Shown one piece after another: positions 60,640 through 64,000 of a stretch of DNA of 64,000 nucleotides (its first letter is position 1; every line of letters starts with the position of its first letter). The notes under the pieces were generated by a model. It was given only the letters and a program-made list of their open reading frames with translations, was not told the origin of the DNA and ran no database searches. Location of the stretch: the NCBI GenBank assembly GCA_030603365.1, contig JAUVXV010000004.1:256001-320000 (forward strand), given 5' to 3'. The translations under genes and the position numbers were made by a program. Source of the DNA: Candidatus Heimdallarchaeota archaeon. GTDB taxonomy: Archaea > Asgardarchaeota > Heimdallarchaeia > Heimdallarchaeales > Heimdallarchaeaceae.

Positions 60640-62736
60640 CTACTTTAATTCTTCTTTTTCTATTTCTACTGATTTTTGCATAGTAATTTTAATTACAAAT
60701 CCTTCTGTCCAATCGTTAATATCTATATCTTCGATTTTTAAGCTGTAAGAGTATTTTTTAGCGATTTCTTTAACAATCATGAACCCGAGATGTTTTCTTA
60801 ATGTTTCATCAAAAGGTGATTGTTCAATAGCTCTGTAGATTTCTTCTCTTAATTCAGGGGGAACGCCTTTTCTATCAATTATACTAATTTCAAAAAATTC
60901 TTCTTCCTCTGTTTTTTCCATTCCAGTGATCTCAATAGTAACTTCCGTATCACTGGTTTTTTGTGCAAGGCTAACCAGCACATAATAGAACATATCGTAT
61001 AGATGAACTCCACCAAGTATTTTGATGATGCTTGGTATATTGACAGTAACATTGAATGTGGTCTCTGTAAATTCTTCTTTTGCTTTTTCTAAAACTCTTA
61101 ATATTGTCATTTTAAGAGGAACAAAATGTAATTCATCTCCACTTGAAACATCTAAAACATTGGATAACAATCTTATATCTTGAACTATTGAGGTTCCTCT
61201 CTTAACAAGAGTATTAACACGTTCTAAAACTCCATCTTCTTCTTTTGGAATGCTATCCTTCAATAATTCATAATATCCCGATATTCCAAAAAAGATATTG
61301 TAAATATCGTGAGTAAGAACATTGAGATACATTCTTGAACGATTTGAATATTCCTCAGCAATTGATTGAAGTTTAGTTGCTTCAGATATATCAACCAGAG
61401 ATAAAACAACACAGTATTCTCCAGTTAGATTATTTATTGTTGGGGACATTTGAACGAAGAAAGTTCTAGTATCATAATTTCCTACTTGAAAGATTTCTAT
61501 ATCAAGCTTCATGGTATCTTTAGCAATATTGGCAATAACATCTCTAATTTTTTGTAGCATTAGCTTAGCTTTATCTACATCCAGACTAAATAATTGATCT
61601 AGTTTTATTCCACTAGTTTCATCATGACTTAAATTGAATGTTTTTTCTGCTTGTTTGTTAAGATAAATCATTTCGAATCTGCTGTTTACTAGCACTACAG
61701 GAAAAGATGAGAATTCAGAGGTTTGAGTGATTTGTTGTATATCATCAAGCAGTCTTTTTCTTTGAAGAGTCAAGAATAACTGATTTGCCATTATTCTGAG
61801 GAAGTGGATATTAGATTCTGATAACTTCTCATGGGAACTTGAGATTACAAATAAAAATCCGAGCATCAAATTTGTTGAACCAATAGGAAGAATTAAACCA
61901 TATTGAACATCAAAATTAGCAAAATTAATTTCCTCAATTTTGTTAGATGTGTTATAATACTGGAGACTTGAAACATCAAGATTTGGAGAACTATAGTACT
62001 GAGTTATTTCTTCATTCAACCCTATATGTTGAATTAGTGAAACCTCATTAATATCCTTTATAAAAACCCCCATATGTTCTATACCAGTTTCTGATTTGAT
62101 TCGAGGTAAAATTCTATTGAGAATTAATTGAATTTCTGTTGTTTCAAGTGTTAAATTTGACATTTCTACAATCAAGTCAGTTTGATGTTGCTTTAATGTA
62201 GCAAGATATTCATCGACCCAAGAAGTTAATGTGTCGGAGATTAGAGATGTGGATTCTTTTATGATCTTTAGATATCTTTCTTTATTATATTTGACAGTAT
62301 CAGCAAATAGTAGAACATTTACAGCTCCTATATTACGAGCATTGGAAACTAAAGGAGAAATAATGATATCAACTACTCCCATCTCATGGAAAACACGTTT
62401 ATAGTCAAAATTGTCAGAGATTTGTTCCAGAGTTGCCCAAGTAAGCTCTGAACTACTAAATGCTTCAGCAAATGGATCCTTACTATCATCAAAAAAGTCT
62501 ATTTCTATTTCCAGATTATCAAATTTTGTTTGTTCATCAGTAACACAAAAAGGAACAAGACTTAGGTTTTCTGAATTATAATAACTGATAATTATTATAG
62601 CTGGGTCTAAAGTGTTTTTCAATGACTTTGCAATCTTTAGAAGCATATTATTCCTCTTCCTACTATCTGCTATTTCGTTGTTTTTTAGTAGTAACAAGAA
62701 TTCTTCTAAAGTATCTGATACAAGGTTATCTTCCAT
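60640..62736 (-). CDS. GAF-GAF-PAS sensor histidine-kinase-like protein with degenerate ATPase domain
   Basis: Two GAF-like segments, PAS (IYLNKQAEKTF) and H-box LTHDIYN. The N, G1 and G2 boxes are divergent. Confidence 0.8.
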   Translation of the reverse strand: MEDNLVSDTLEEFLLLLKNNEIADSRKRNNMLLKIAKSLKNTLDPAIIIISYYNSENLSLVPFCVTDEQTKFDNLEIEIDFFDDSKDPFAEAFSSSELTWATLEQISDNFDYKRVFHEMGVVDIIISPLVSNARNIGAVNVLLFADTVKYNKERYLKIIKESTSLISDTLTSWVDEYLATLKQHQTDLIVEMSNLTLETTEIQLILNRILPRIKSETGIEHMGVFIKDINEVSLIQHIGLNEEITQYYSSPNLDVSSLQYYNTSNKIEEINFANFDVQYGLILPIGSTNLMLGFLFVISSSHEKLSESNIHFLRIMANQLFLTLQRKRLLDDIQQITQTSEFSSFPVVLVNSRFEMIYLNKQAEKTFNLSHDETSGIKLDQLFSLDVDKAKLMLQKIRDVIANIAKDTMKLDIEIFQVGNYDTRTFFVQMSPTINNLTGEYCVVLSLVDISEATKLQSIAEEYSNRSRMYLNVLTHDIYNIFFGISGYYELLKDSIPKEEDGVLERVNTLVKRGTSIVQDIRLLSNVLDVSSGDELHFVPLKMTILRVLEKAKEEFTETTFNVTVNIPSIIKILGGVHLYDMFYYVLVSLAQKTSDTEVTIEITGMEKTEEEEFFEISIIDRKGVPPELREEIYRAIEQSPFDETLRKHLGFMIVKEIAKKYSYSLKIEDIDINDWTEGFVIKITMQKSVEIEKEELK

Positions 62737-62974
62737 TTGTATCCCAGGTATAACATGTTGAATATATTGTATTAGATGATGAGTTGTTGATTATATTCTA
62801 TGAATTGGTAAAAAGGCTTACTTATATTCATTTTGTAAGATGTAATGCATATTGCTTTTGTATTATCATCTTAGGGGTATAGAAATGAATAACATTATTG
62901 TTGCTTCTTCTATTTTCAGATATAATAATCAATAAAAAGAGATTAACTATATATCATAAATAGAGGAGATTAAG

Positions 62975-63976
62975 ACGACAAACAAAGCTGTTCAACTTGT
63001 AGCTGAAAATGCTTCAGATATTTATGGATTCTTCTTAGGAAATAAAGATGGGATAATCTACAAAGAGAGCATCTTTAAGGAAGAAAAGTGCCCCCTTGAT
63101 ATTCTAACTAATGTTGTCAAAGCAATCTGCTCTTTTGCTGAAGATACAAAGATTTCTGATTATGGGACAATTGAATTATCAAAATCAAAAATTTCTTTTC
63201 GTAAAATCCAAGACATAACATATGTATTAAGTCATGGAATTGAAAAAAGGAAAGTAGCTAATAGAGTTCTTGGGTTCCTGGCTAATGAATTTGAAGATAG
63301 ATCAAGAGCTAAATTCCATAGCTCAAATCCTGAACAAGTATTTTCAGGAGCCTCTGCAGTTTACAATCAAACTGTAGAAAGTTTATTTGAACCAATTTTT
63401 AAAGCACCTCAAAATAAATCCCCCGAGAAAACAAAAAGAAAACAGTATGCAAAGCTAGATTTTGATCTCGATTTTGTTGACATTCCTATAAGTTTTGATG
63501 ATTTAATGTTAGATACAAAACAATCAGGACACAAAGAACAAGAAAAAGCTACAATTACAAAAAAAGAGGGAAAGAGTGAAGAACCTCTTACTAAGGATCA
63601 AATGCTCAGTGCCGTTTCTTTTAATATCCTTACTAGTATCTCAGGAATTGATCATTTAGTATTTGTAGAACACAATCAAGAAGAAGCTCAGATCTTCTTT
63701 CAAAGTGGTCACTTAGAAGAGGATTTCATTCAAAAAACTTTGAAGATTTGCGACAAATATCTGGAAAATATAATTGAGATTATGAATGATGAAGACATAG
63801 AAAATTCAATAGAAATAACTGATAAGTATCAGATTATATTCGTTCCTCTCAATGAAAGCAATTTCATATACGCGGTTGCAACAAAGGAAGTAGATGCTGT
63901 CTTGATGGCACCTGTTTTTGAGCGACTAGCTACAAGAATCAAAAATGTTGTTCTAGATTATAAAGAAACAGAATAG
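62975..63976 (+). CDS. Longin plus Roadblock/LC7 two-domain protein (probable ACG start; the ORF track shows only 63506-63976)
   Basis: The frame is open from 62960 to 63976 with no ATG, GTG or TTG before 63506. GAGGAG SD lies 6 nt before ACG 62975. Confidence 0.7.
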   Translation, partial: TTNKAVQLVAENASDIYGFFLGNKDGIIYKESIFKEEKCPLDILTNVVKAICSFAEDTKISDYGTIELSKSKISFRKIQDITYVLSHGIEKRKVANRVLGFLANEFEDRSRAKFHSSNPEQVFSGASAVYNQTVESLFEPIFKAPQNKSPEKTKRKQYAKLDFDLDFVDIPISFDDLMLDTKQSGHKEQEKATITKKEGKSEEPLTKDQMLSAVSFNILTSISGIDHLVFVEHNQEEAQIFFQSGHLEEDFIQKTLKICDKYLENIIEIMNDEDIENSIEITDKYQIIFVPLNESNFIYAVATKEVDAVLMAPVFERLATRIKNVVLDYKETE

Positions 63977-64000
63977 ATTACTAACAAAAATCAATCTCTT

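Overview
AT-rich archaeal core-genome window. Gene content points to an Asgard archaeon, probably Heimdallarchaeia (inference): archaeal information genes (pelota, hjc, truD, pth2, exosome-type dnaG, aEF-1beta, RPA32-like, rpl40e), bacterial-type gyrAB, longin/roadblock/V4R/C2-like proteins, and a complex-I-like group 4 [NiFe]-hydrogenase with hypCDEF and hycI. No CRISPR array, transposase or integrase was seen. The main discovery is in the non-coding DNA. At 14735-14914 (minus strand) there is a circularly permuted 5S rRNA gene: the 3' half precedes the 5' half, helix I is closed by a UACG tetraloop, and the new ends sit in a bulge-helix-bulge (BHB) splicing motif. This predicts a circular 5S rRNA made by the tRNA-splicing machinery, carrying a 32-nt insert that is partly antisense to loop C. 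The SRP RNA (about 35600-35930) is also bracketed by a BHB. An unassigned 220-nt structured RNA lies at 51701-51920, and a long structured leader precedes dnaG. All structures were folded by eye and no database searches were run.
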